Positions 1 through 8,452 of a stretch of DNA of 25,832 nt are shown piece after piece; position 1 is the first letter of the stretch; each line of letters begins with the position of its first letter. This DNA is from a virus (lineage: Duplodnaviria > Caudoviricetes), in IMG/VR virus record IMGVR_UViG_3300032295_001153, positions 1 to 25,832 of that record. One strand, 5' to 3'. The notes beneath the pieces were generated by a model. It was not told the DNA's origin, searched no databases, and saw only the letters and a program-made list of their open reading frames with translations. The position numbers and the translations under genes are program-made.

Positions 1-227
1 AGAGTTCTCCACATTTTAGTTTGGTCGTGTTCTTTTAAGAATTCATCCTCACCTACAAAAGTAGGACTATCCGCCATAATTTCATCTAATAGCCATTTAA
101 TCCGATGTAGGTCTTTTTTGATTTCAAACTGATTGTATCCATCATTATAGTTACTATGAAGTTCTACACCACTCATATAAATTTGATGATGTACCGCATT
201 ATAGTCCATTTGTTTACGAAAGCCCAT
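1..227 (-). CDS. Hypothetical protein, 3' end runs off the window (MGFRKQMDYNAVHHQIYMSGVELH...)
   Basis: Not in the ORF track. ATG at 227 overlaps the folE stop (TAATG); hand translation is open for 75 codons to position 1. Confidence 0.75.
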   Translation of the reverse strand, partial: MGFRKQMDYNAVHHQIYMSGVELHSNYNDGYNQFEIKKDLHRIKWLLDEIMADSPTFVGEDEFLKEHDQTKMWRT

Positions 228-907
228 TATTTGCAACCTTTATTAGCAATCTGTAAAAACTCTTGTCTTGCTGATGGATCAGTTTTAAATCCACCACCTA
301 AACGACATGTAACTGTACTACTACCAGTATCTTCTACACCACGTGATTTCACGCAATAGTGCTGTGCGTCAATCATAACTGCAACATCTTCTGTATCAAG
401 TATGAACTGTAAGGTGTGAAATATCTGCTCTGTTAACCGTTCCTGAATTTGCGGACGTTTACTGAAATATTCTACTATACGGTTGATCTTACTAAGCCCT
501 AAAACTTTTTGTTTAGGGACATAAGCTACAGTAGCCAATCCATCAATGATTACAAAATGATGTTCGCAGTTAGATTGAACATTAACGTTACGCTCTACAA
601 CCATTTCGTTGTATTGCATCTTGTTGTCAACTGTTGTGCATTTAGGGAACGCTTCGTAGTCAAGTCCCCAAAAGATTTCATTCACATACATCTTAGCAAC
701 ACGCTTGGGTGTTTCAATTAGACTATCATCGGATAAATCTAATCCAAGATATTGCATGATAATAGTGAAGTGTTCTTCGATACGATCAATCTTATCTTTT
801 CTGTCTAAGTTGTTTGGCAGTGTAGGTGTTTCAACACCCATTTTGACTAAGTATTCGTGTACTTGTTGACCCAATACTGGATCTGTTTTTGTTTTATTAT
901 AACTCAT
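227..907 (-). CDS. folE: GTP cyclohydrolase I (type IA)
   Basis: ETPKRVAKMY, Zn-binding SNCEHHF, GLSKINRIV, RPQIQERLT and HYCVKSRG motifs; SD-like AAGGAAGG upstream. Confidence 0.97.
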   Translation of the reverse strand: MSYNKTKTDPVLGQQVHEYLVKMGVETPTLPNNLDRKDKIDRIEEHFTIIMQYLGLDLSDDSLIETPKRVAKMYVNEIFWGLDYEAFPKCTTVDNKMQYNEMVVERNVNVQSNCEHHFVIIDGLATVAYVPKQKVLGLSKINRIVEYFSKRPQIQERLTEQIFHTLQFILDTEDVAVMIDAQHYCVKSRGVEDTGSSTVTCRLGGGFKTDPSARQEFLQIANKGCK

Positions 908-942
908 AGATAACCTTCCTTTGTGATGGTTTTAATTTGACA

Positions 943-966
943 TTGTGCTACCGTTGTGTAGCACAA
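943..966 (-). promoter_or_regulatory. Perfect 9-bp hairpin in the folE leader (TTGTGCTAC-ACAACG-GTAGCACAA)
   Basis: Inverted repeat 943-951/958-966, directly after GATAAATA; no U-tract, so not a classic intrinsic terminator. Confidence 0.55.
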
Positions 967-976
967 GTATTTATCA
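967..976 (-). promoter_or_regulatory. Putative T4-type late promoter (TGATAAATAC)
   Basis: Resembles the gp55-dependent TATAAATA; identical 11-mer at 966-976 and 23390-23400; intergenic. Confidence 0.55.
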
Positions 977-1477
977 TTATTTTTTGCCAGGAGAAGAAAA
1001 AGGCCATGCCGCATTAGGGTTTAATGGGGGACGATCTTTTAATTCTACGTTCTCAGTGATTATATCACCATTGTCAGTAGCCAAGTCAACTTTAAAGGGT
1101 GACAAGACTATTACATAATCATCTTCGGTTTGCCAATCATGCTCACCGTCAAACAACCAAGCCGCACCACCTTCGTAGTATAACTCTTTGATTTCTTGTT
1201 GTTCTAATTCTGGAATATCGTCTGAGAATTCCCAATCTATACTGATAGAATCTTCAAACTCACATCCCCAACCTGCATCTGTCCTACAGTGAGCAGACTT
1301 GTCACCTTTCCAGGGTAGGTTGCAATCAAGGTCTTCTTCAATAAAACCTTGACCCCAACGATATAGTTCTTCCATATTAAACCAACTGATAGAACCGTCC
1401 TCATTCTCACGGTACATTTCTACCCGCCAGCTAATACTTTTCTTCTCTAGTGGTTTAATACAGTAGACGTTAGCCAT
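977..1477 (-). CDS. Acidic hypothetical phage protein (166 aa)
   Basis: Clean ORF in the operon, D/E/W-rich, no motif recognised. Confidence 0.8.
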   Translation of the reverse strand: MANVYCIKPLEKKSISWRVEMYRENEDGSISWFNMEELYRWGQGFIEEDLDCNLPWKGDKSAHCRTDAGWGCEFEDSISIDWEFSDDIPELEQQEIKELYYEGGAAWLFDGEHDWQTEDDYVIVLSPFKVDLATDNGDIITENVELKDRPPLNPNAAWPFSSPGKK

Positions 1478-1479
1478 TA

Positions 1480-1650
1480 TTAATCCCTAGATTTTCTTCC
1501 AGAGGTCTTAGAACGTAAGCCTTCTTTGTAGATTTCAACCCAACTACGAACAAAGCTACCACGTTTATGGTCATCTAAAATAGTAGCCGCTATGCGTTTT
1601 ACTTCTTTAGGCACTTTAACTGCCCTGCTATCATATCCTCTGCAGGTCAT
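1480..1650 (-). CDS. Small basic hypothetical protein, 56 aa (MTCRGYDSRAVKVPKEVKRIAATILDDHKRGSFVRSWVEIYKEGLRSKTSGRKSRD)
   Basis: Below the ORF track cutoff; hand-translated; exactly fills the 1478-1653 gap between neighbouring genes. Confidence 0.75.
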   Translation of the reverse strand: MTCRGYDSRAVKVPKEVKRIAATILDDHKRGSFVRSWVEIYKEGLRSKTSGRKSRD

Positions 1651-1653
1651 ATA

Positions 1654-1848
1654 TTAAGCCTTTGCTTTTGCTTCAGCACGTGCGGTTTTTTCTGCTGTAA
1701 TTTCATTACGGCGAGCCTTAACTGCTTTTGCTAATTCTGCTAATGCTTTACGAGCACGTGTGCCTGCTGCCGCATTGCCCTTGTTGAACTTTTCGTTTTC
1801 GGCATTGTAAGCTGCCAAGCTTGTTTCGATATCGTTATGTGCGCTCAT
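1654..1848 (-). CDS. Histone H1-like protein, Hc1 family (64 aa)
   Basis: KGNAAAGTRARKAL signature, Ala/Lys-rich, strong SD AAGGAG. Confidence 0.8.
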   Translation of the reverse strand: MSAHNDIETSLAAYNAENEKFNKGNAAAGTRARKALAELAKAVKARRNEITAEKTARAEAKAKA

Positions 1849-2051
1849 TTTTTCTCCTTTGATTTACGCTTTGGTTTTGTCTCAGTAACTGTTACTGAGG
1901 CTAATGCTTCTCTTACTTCTTTCAATAGTTGCTCATCATCCCAAATTAATTCGGTTGAGCCATCTTCAAAAGTCTTTACTGTCAAGTGTGTACCTTGATT
2001 AATCTTAGGCCATCCATTTGAAGCCACGTTCTTTGTTTTTCGTGTTGCCAT
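1845..2051 (-). CDS. Hypothetical protein (68 aa, MATRKTK...)
   Basis: Start moved from TTG 2060 to ATG 2051, which overlaps the upstream TAA. Confidence 0.7.
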   Translation of the reverse strand: MATRKTKNVASNGWPKINQGTHLTVKTFEDGSTELIWDDEQLLKEVREALASVTVTETKPKRKSKEKK

Positions 2052-2839
2052 TAAATCCAACCTTTCTTTTGTAAGTGCGGTATGATAACATTATCAGTGA
2101 ATGCTTTGTGTTGTTTAGTATGAGGGTGCGCTTGTCTATTTTGAGTCATATCCCAAGTACTTGGATCCTGTAAACGAGCACACCATTGGAATTCACTGTC
2201 TACATCCAAAAAGTCATTAAAATCAATAGCGTCATATAAATATTTCACATCAGGATGTTCCATCACATCTTTTGATTTTGAAAACACTAATGGATAGTAA
2301 AAGGTCATGAAATACTTAATGTTATAGTTTTTTAAAAACCATTGCACTCTTAGTATATTTTCCAATGTTTGGATCTGTGCCCAAACTTCATCGTACACAT
2401 ACTTGTAGTACCATATAGACAATTCATCATCCCAATAAGGCATTACTTTATAAAAGTTTGGATCACCACCTACTATTGCAGGATTGTCTTGGTTTAGTGT
2501 TCCGGTCCCCACACGATTGAACTTAAATTTGGGTTCGACAGCATATATTTCTTGTCTATATGCACCACTCCACATTACGCCAACTAATATGTCCTCTGGT
2601 TTGTATGTTTTTAGTGCTTCTAAAACTTCATATATAGTTGTTCTGCTAATGATTCCGTTACCGGATGCACCTTTACCTTTATATTGGGGAATGCATTGTA
2701 GGTGTTTTGTTAAGTGTACTGGCCATGAATATGATTTATTCATATTTTCTATGTCAAATACTGGATCTGAAACACCGTGTAAATTAATATGAGGTATCTC
2801 AGTAAAACTACATCCAGTGCTTATAAAATACTTAAACAT
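2051..2839 (-). CDS. SGNH/GDSL-hydrolase-like accessory protein
   Basis: GCSFT near the N-terminus, SWP, GASGN, C-terminal HP; ATG 2839 overlaps the upstream TGA. Confidence 0.6.
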   Translation of the reverse strand: MFKYFISTGCSFTEIPHINLHGVSDPVFDIENMNKSYSWPVHLTKHLQCIPQYKGKGASGNGIISRTTIYEVLEALKTYKPEDILVGVMWSGAYRQEIYAVEPKFKFNRVGTGTLNQDNPAIVGGDPNFYKVMPYWDDELSIWYYKYVYDEVWAQIQTLENILRVQWFLKNYNIKYFMTFYYPLVFSKSKDVMEHPDVKYLYDAIDFNDFLDVDSEFQWCARLQDPSTWDMTQNRQAHPHTKQHKAFTDNVIIPHLQKKGWI

Positions 2840-4026
2840 CAATATTTTGTTTCACGTGTGTGCTTGCGATAATCAGTTGTCATACGCAAGTATTGTTCAC
2901 CCTTGCCTTGCATGATATCAACAATACGATCAATAGTCTTGTCGTTATAGTCACTGATCTTGCCGATATTTTCATGAGGCTTCTTCAATAATTTTTCTAG
3001 TTTATCTAGTGCATCTTCAATTGACCATGGAACATACATTCTTTCGTGGTCATTTGCGAAACTCTCAGGGAATGAACGATACGCTGGATACAAAACATTA
3101 CATCCAAGAGCATCGGCTTCTGACACGGTGTTTGAAACCCAATCTTGTAAAGCACAATTAAAGACAACACGACTATCATTGACAATAGCATAGTAAGCAT
3201 CTTTTTCTAAATCCTCATAGATACGCAACATGTCACGTTCAACTAAGTCATATGTTCGTTTCATGTAACTATCATTGTTGCTACGCAATTTAGCACCACT
3301 ACAGATACAGAACTCTACACTGTTATTGGGATGACGTTTGTGCCAAGCTTCAATAAGATCCATATAGAAATCAGGTTGTTTTTCTTGATCCCAACGTGCT
3401 GAAAACACTATACGATGTTTTCGTTGTGTGAATGGAATATCACGTTCAACACGATTCATTACTTCACCCTTACCGAATGCTAGACCACTGATGTTATAAA
3501 TCGGAACATCCCAGCCTGCAATTTTCATGTGCATGACCATTTCTTCATTAGTCGCAAGTACAGCACCTCCAGTTTGACGTACTGCCTCACAGACCATCTT
3601 CTCATAAGAACCCATCCACTTAGACATTCCCCATACGTGAACAAAGTCATCAGGATCAATTGACTGTGCCAAGCACCTAACATAAATCTTTGGGCGATGT
3701 GCTTCACTGACTTGATTAAGAATATAAGGCAAACTCTCAAAGCCCGGCTGGAACATGTCTTCAAAATATACAACATCTTCACTAGTAACTTCGCCTGCCT
3801 TCATCATCTTAACAAGATTCATCATCTGACTCATTGCAAAGTAACTGCGACCATGTGCGTCTAGTACTTGCCCTGTGACAATGGCTTGATCGTTGCTGAG
3901 TGTCTCGCCTGGCACAACAACATGTTTAATTTTTCTGCGTTTGAATACTTCTACATTCCATTGTAACAATTGTAGTGTATAACGTGCCTTGTAGGGTTCA
4001 AGACCCATATAGTATAATTTACGCAT
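2839..4026 (-). CDS. GT-B fold glycosyltransferase (GT4-like)
   Basis: FSARWDQEKQP donor-binding strand, D-x7-E motif (DWVSNTVSE), ADALGCNVLYP...SFPE. Confidence 0.8.
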   Translation of the reverse strand: MRKLYYMGLEPYKARYTLQLLQWNVEVFKRRKIKHVVVPGETLSNDQAIVTGQVLDAHGRSYFAMSQMMNLVKMMKAGEVTSEDVVYFEDMFQPGFESLPYILNQVSEAHRPKIYVRCLAQSIDPDDFVHVWGMSKWMGSYEKMVCEAVRQTGGAVLATNEEMVMHMKIAGWDVPIYNISGLAFGKGEVMNRVERDIPFTQRKHRIVFSARWDQEKQPDFYMDLIEAWHKRHPNNSVEFCICSGAKLRSNNDSYMKRTYDLVERDMLRIYEDLEKDAYYAIVNDSRVVFNCALQDWVSNTVSEADALGCNVLYPAYRSFPESFANDHERMYVPWSIEDALDKLEKLLKKPHENIGKISDYNDKTIDRIVDIMQGKGEQYLRMTTDYRKHTRETKY

Positions 4027-4789
4027 CTTTTCTTTCTATATCTTCTTCTACACACCTTGAACCAAATTGAACTTCTAGTATATGACAAGGTTCATCATAG
4101 TTGTTTTGGCATTGATGCCAAACGTTTTGTCCTATGATATATGATTCATTAGCATACTTTGATATCTTTATTATATCACCTTTAACATCTGTTACAATGT
4201 CGCATTTGCCCTTAAGTATATACCAATGTTCAGCACGGTCTTGGTGTCGTTGCATACTGAGTTTTTGCCCAGGTTCAACTACTAATTCTTTAACTTTGTA
4301 TCCTTGTTTATCGTCTAGTATACGATACCATCCCCAAGGACGTTTAGTTTTGGGATTCTTCCATTCTTCAAGAATCCAACTTGAGCTATTCTTTTTATCT
4401 TCACCGCCGACACCGAAAACAAATTCGATGTTATCATCTTCTACGTCCATTTCTGGAATGTTGACTGATGTTCTATCTCCACCATTTGCAAAAATAATAT
4501 GTGCATCTGGAAACTTTTCACGTGTAGCATAGATAGCCCATTTAGCACTACCATCACTGTCATCAAAGTTGATTACCCAATCAACCATGTTCATTTTAGT
4601 CATGACAGCTAGACGTTCAGTAAATGGCATAAAAGGCCGGCCCTTTTTACGGGCCAACCATTCATCACTGTTAAGCCCGACGACTAATTCGTCGCCGAGT
4701 CTTTTGGCAGCTTCAAGATACGCAATATGACCACTGTGTATTGGATCAAAGCCGCCTGTTACGATTACAATTTTAGTTTGGTTTTGCAT
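4019..4789 (-). CDS. Cytidylyltransferase (TagD/RfaE-like) fused to a cupin (mannose-6-P isomerase type II C-terminal-like)
   Basis: GGFDPIHSGH (HxGH), VGLNSD, FANGGDR, NSSS; then RPWGWY, LSMQRH..RAEHW, ILEVQFG...EEDIER. Confidence 0.88.
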   Translation of the reverse strand: MQNQTKIVIVTGGFDPIHSGHIAYLEAAKRLGDELVVGLNSDEWLARKKGRPFMPFTERLAVMTKMNMVDWVINFDDSDGSAKWAIYATREKFPDAHIIFANGGDRTSVNIPEMDVEDDNIEFVFGVGGEDKKNSSSWILEEWKNPKTKRPWGWYRILDDKQGYKVKELVVEPGQKLSMQRHQDRAEHWYILKGKCDIVTDVKGDIIKISKYANESYIIGQNVWHQCQNNYDEPCHILEVQFGSRCVEEDIERKDA

Positions 4790-4982
4790 CTAGTTCCCAA
4801 TTATCCCTAACGGGTTTACCCGCAAGGTATTTAGTGAACTGACGATAGATGTAACTTTTATTACTGTACAGGTCACTTTCATCAAATTTGTAACCGCACC
4901 GTTGGCAGAAGTCTAGATACTTGTCAAGATCATCAAAGATTTGAGCAACACGTGGGTTATGTTTGATTTGAGGTTTTGCCAT
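4773..4982 (-). CDS. Hypothetical protein (69 aa)
   Basis: Strong SD TAAGGAG; sits between the QueD-like and nucleotidyltransferase genes. Confidence 0.75.
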   Translation of the reverse strand: MAKPQIKHNPRVAQIFDDLDKYLDFCQRCGYKFDESDLYSNKSYIYRQFTKYLAGKPVRDNWELDAKPN

Positions 4983-4993
4983 TTGATTTCTCC

Positions 4994-5449
4994 TTAGATG
5001 GCGAGTTGTTGAATAGGTTGATGTGTTTTATAGTGAATCGTAGCACCGTTTTCGTTATCTTCTGATACAGTAATAACGATATTACGATTCGGATATCGAG
5101 TTGCAATGACTTCATAGAGGTCATCACTAATCATTTCACAACTTTTGTAATCCAAAGCAAGAATGCCTTGAGAATATTGATTCTCTAACCATCTCTTGAA
5201 TTGAATAAACTCGATATCACGGTCGTTGTGAAATACCTCAATCGTCACTTCAAAGTGAAAGATGTGACGATGTGGAGTTGCGAGAAAGCTAACATCATAC
5301 TCATCACCTGTTGCCAAGTTAGGGTCTGTTGCTGCCGCTGGGTACTTATGAATACCTTCTTTTTGAAATCTTACAAAGATAGTTCGTAGTGCCTTGTCTT
5401 TGATTCGGGTACGTTTTTCAGTCATTGCTTGTTCGTGTTGATTCATCAT
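4994..5449 (-). CDS. dpdL: QueD/PTPS-like T-fold protein, DpdL-like paralogue
   Basis: GIH, L-ATP-HRH-I-F (LxxxHRHxF in place of QueD CxxxHGH), SCE, VSEDNENG; clustered with folE and a TGT-fold gene. The DpdL signature is recalled from the literature, not searched. Confidence 0.65.
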   Translation of the reverse strand: MMNQHEQAMTEKRTRIKDKALRTIFVRFQKEGIHKYPAAATDPNLATGDEYDVSFLATPHRHIFHFEVTIEVFHNDRDIEFIQFKRWLENQYSQGILALDYKSCEMISDDLYEVIATRYPNRNIVITVSEDNENGATIHYKTHQPIQQLAI

Positions 5450-5456
5450 GTGTATT

Positions 5457-5490
5457 ATTGTATATTAAGTTTATGTGAAAATCTAGTCAA
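5457..5490 (-). promoter_or_regulatory. Putative sigma70-type promoter for the QueD-like gene
   Basis: TTGACT (5490-5485)-N17-TAATAT (5467-5462); alternative -10 TACAAT (5462-5457) ends 7 nt before the ATG. Confidence 0.5.
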
Positions 5491-5499
5491 TTGGTTATA

Positions 5500-6339
5500 T
5501 CAATCAAAGAAGTCATCCTTTTCTAGTCGAGGAAGCATCGCTTCATTCAACCATATCCTATGTCCTAAACCATTTGGATGAGAATTTCCAACTCCGACAA
5601 ATAGTTCTTCTCTACTGTTCATATAATTATGCATGGACCTTTCTGATAAAAAAGTACTCCTATCCAAATCATCATAGAGATATTTTATAATTTGATGATC
5701 CTTGTACATGCCAATATCCTCTATTATATTATCCATATAAAATTGTTGATAGAGTCTTATGCCCTTTGATTGACACAAATACTGCAATGATAATATGTTT
5801 TGTAAATTGTCATGACACATCCCTACTGAAATAGCACGGGCTCCCATCATAAAATAATCACGTATAAAACTAATCTCGTCAGTTACATGGGAGGATGTAA
5901 TAAACCACCCGCCCTTCTCGTTATAAGTTACTTTATTATTAACAGATCCTTTAGTGATTACTGTGTTTGGTACAGATGAATGATTTTTTAAATCAGCAAA
6001 TTGAAGATTCCAACCTTGTGTTGAACCTTTCCAATTAGTTACAATTTCAGAAATAGTGTCGGGATTGTCAATATAAAATGATTTTCTATCAACAGAAGAC
6101 CACATGACAAAAACTGCAATTTCTTCAGGTTTGTATCCTGTCGCTAATGCCTCATATATTGCATGTGATGCTTTTTTCTGTATTAATTCTTGACCTTGAC
6201 TTGATAAGCCTCTATGGTCAAATCTAACACTATCATCGATGTTTTTAGTTATGTAAGATTCTAACTGGTTTGGCCACACATAGGGTGTACATGTATCACT
6301 GAAACTACATCCGGAAGTTATTATTTTACGTATTTTCAT
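5500..6339 (-). CDS. SGNH/GDSL-hydrolase-like accessory protein
   Basis: GCSFS, VWP, VMWS, C-terminal SHPNGLGH; same motif order as 2051-2839. Confidence 0.6.
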   Translation of the reverse strand: MKIRKIITSGCSFSDTCTPYVWPNQLESYITKNIDDSVRFDHRGLSSQGQELIQKKASHAIYEALATGYKPEEIAVFVMWSSVDRKSFYIDNPDTISEIVTNWKGSTQGWNLQFADLKNHSSVPNTVITKGSVNNKVTYNEKGGWFITSSHVTDEISFIRDYFMMGARAISVGMCHDNLQNILSLQYLCQSKGIRLYQQFYMDNIIEDIGMYKDHQIIKYLYDDLDRSTFLSERSMHNYMNSREELFVGVGNSHPNGLGHRIWLNEAMLPRLEKDDFFD

Positions 6340-6548
6340 CGGTCTTCGTCAAAGTCTACCCGTTCATGGTCATGGTCCCATTGTGCTCTACGCATAACTC
6401 GTAGTTCATTAAGATACTTTTCTTTTGTATCTTGTAACTTTTTTATTTTTTCTTTGTCAGTAGAACCAGATTTTTCTAATTGAAATAATTGATTATCTAC
6501 TAAACGATGTGATTCTTCTAATGTTTTGATTCGCTGTGAGTATGGCAT
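6336..6548 (-). CDS. Small coiled-coil hypothetical protein (70 aa)
   Basis: Heptad-like helical hairpin (RIKTLEESHRLVDNQL...KIKKLQDTKEKY). Confidence 0.7.
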   Translation of the reverse strand: MPYSQRIKTLEESHRLVDNQLFQLEKSGSTDKEKIKKLQDTKEKYLNELRVMRRAQWDHDHERVDFDEDR

Positions 6549-6549
6549 G

Positions 6550-8088
6550 TTATTCTCCTAATGCTTCATTCATCGCTTCATCGCTGTCCTCATCATCAAG
6601 GACTGCTTCGGATTCAACTGTATTTACTTCTTCGAACAATTGATTAAACATAGTAATAGCATTGATAGTCTTTTTACCACTCAACCCTTGACTACCTGAT
6701 TGCATCTGTGTCCAAAGACTTGCATGTTGTTTGATTAATGCGAGGCTCTTGTCTTTGTCATTAAGTCTAAAGATTTCATCAATGATACTACCAAAGTGAT
6801 TATCTTCAAATTTGTTAATCAACATTTTAGGCATCACTCCTTGTTCGTACTTACGATTTGCTTCCTGAACAGCAGAAATATGTGTATACACATTGTGAGC
6901 CTGCAATAATGTATAACTCAATGTGTCCCAACTTGTCTTAGTTTCTTTGCCCTGATTGTTGATAAATCCATGACCACGATAGCACAAGTCTTTCATTACC
7001 ATTCTGTCAGTAACAGGGCTGTCAGTAAATACTGTGTGTATACCATCTTGCAACACAGCATCACGGAACTTACGTGTGTCGTTTGCGTAGTCTTTGTTCT
7101 CAGCAGTCTTAGTCATACTGTAAGCCCACTTCTTGTTATGCTCAATTGTGGTGTTAAAATATGCAAGACCTTTAGCCGCACTAAAGAATGGACTAGCACA
7201 GTCAAATGTTATTACTAGATTAGGATTGTGATACTTGCGAATAGCACGTTGTATGTCAGTAAACAATACAGCGTATTCCATGATACTCACACCCAGACAG
7301 TGAATCAAATCATGCTTGCCTTCTTGTAACAGTCCATCGTGAATGATACCAACAAGTCTACGTAACATGAGGTCTACGTCAATCTTATTTTGACCACCGA
7401 ATGCCCAGCCATTGAAGTGATTATCAGGATAGATATTTGGGTCACAGTACTTTTTCATTTCTTCATACCAGTGGTCACTATCAGTATGAGTTAGACCCTG
7501 CATAACGTTCAAGAACTTGCATTTACCATTACGATTGTTGATAAAGTATTCGTTGTTAATATGAGTTGCTTTAACTGCGTCACCCAAATTAGCAATCTTA
7601 TGTTGTTCAAAAGCTTTTGTATTACGATATGATTCGCTAGGTACATCAAGACACATGCCATAATCCATGTATGTGTCCATCCATAACAAAACTTCTTTAC
7701 GCTTTGCCATAGCTTTAGGGCAGTTAGGATCCTTCCAGTCAGCCGGCCATTGACCTTTTAAAATCTGAAAACCACCTGAGTCGCCCAACATGAATGTGCC
7801 AGCTTCACGTTCACGAATGATACTTTCACTAGAATCATTCTTAGTTGGATCTAAGTTAGCATGACCAGCAGAGTATAGTCCCCACTTGTAATTATACAGA
7901 CCTTCTTTACTATTTAAGAAGTTCAAACATTCAACGTCACCGTTGAAGCCTGCAGGGATTCGTGCGGCGTCAAAGTAATTCTCACCCTTACGTTGTTTGC
8001 CCAAGCCACTAATGAAAAAGCTAGACACTGCTGGTAAAAACAGTGCCCAGTCTGGCTTTTGTTGTTGCGATAAATTAACTTGTTCCAA
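6550..8088 (-). CDS. dpdA: TGT-fold base-exchange transglycosylase, probable DNA 7-deazaguanine insertase (DpdA family)
   Basis: DSGGFQ, CLDVP, VMQG, WAFGG, HCLG and TFDCAS match the ordered TGT catalytic motifs; no C-terminal Zn-binding Cys cluster of tRNA TGTs seen; TTG start; lies near folE, the QueD-like gene and replication genes. Confidence 0.8.
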   Translation of the reverse strand: MEQVNLSQQQKPDWALFLPAVSSFFISGLGKQRKGENYFDAARIPAGFNGDVECLNFLNSKEGLYNYKWGLYSAGHANLDPTKNDSSESIIREREAGTFMLGDSGGFQILKGQWPADWKDPNCPKAMAKRKEVLLWMDTYMDYGMCLDVPSESYRNTKAFEQHKIANLGDAVKATHINNEYFINNRNGKCKFLNVMQGLTHTDSDHWYEEMKKYCDPNIYPDNHFNGWAFGGQNKIDVDLMLRRLVGIIHDGLLQEGKHDLIHCLGVSIMEYAVLFTDIQRAIRKYHNPNLVITFDCASPFFSAAKGLAYFNTTIEHNKKWAYSMTKTAENKDYANDTRKFRDAVLQDGIHTVFTDSPVTDRMVMKDLCYRGHGFINNQGKETKTSWDTLSYTLLQAHNVYTHISAVQEANRKYEQGVMPKMLINKFEDNHFGSIIDEIFRLNDKDKSLALIKQHASLWTQMQSGSQGLSGKKTINAITMFNQLFEEVNTVESEAVLDDEDSDEAMNEALGE

Positions 8089-8452
8089 CTTTTTCTTCTT
8101 CTTTAATTAATGTCTGAACAATTCTAAGTTGTTCTTCTTTTTCTTTAATTTGATTCATCAAGTCTCTGATAGCAGGATTAATTTCTGATAATCGTTCACG
8201 TTCAGCTTCTTCTTGCATCTTCTTTTCAGCCCACTTTAAGACAGTAATTGCAATTGGAGTCAAATTGACAGTAGCACTGCCACCACCAAGACTCATCCAG
8301 CTGTTACCGTCGTATACTTTCATCTGCCCAATACTAGGATCATAACTCAATGCACCTACCATAGGCTGATTGCTAGACATATTGATATAAGGCTGAGCAC
8401 CTTTGTTACTAGTAACATTCAGGTACTCGCCTCCGACTAGATAGTCAATCAT
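8075..8452 (-). CDS. Hypothetical protein (125 aa) with C-terminal coiled coil
   Basis: Overlaps both the clamp and dpdA genes; beta-rich N-terminus (MKVYDGNSW), helical C-terminus. Confidence 0.75.
   Translation of the reverse strand: MIDYLVGGEYLNVTSNKGAQPYINMSSNQPMVGALSYDPSIGQMKVYDGNSWMSLGGGSATVNLTPIAITVLKWAEKKMQEEAERERLSEINPAIRDLMNQIKEKEEQLRIVQTLIKEEEKVGTS

Noticed and set aside
908-966. preQ1 riboswitch upstream of folE
   Set aside because: Context fits, but the stem and loop lack the class I AGAGG/UUC..CCCUCU-type pattern and the leader is too short for class II/III.
6550-8088. Ordinary queuine tRNA-ribosyltransferase (tgt)
   Set aside because: Longer and divergent, lacks the CxCxxC Zn site, and sits beside the clamp and polymerase; a DNA-targeting DpdA fits better, though a tRNA substrate is not formally excluded.
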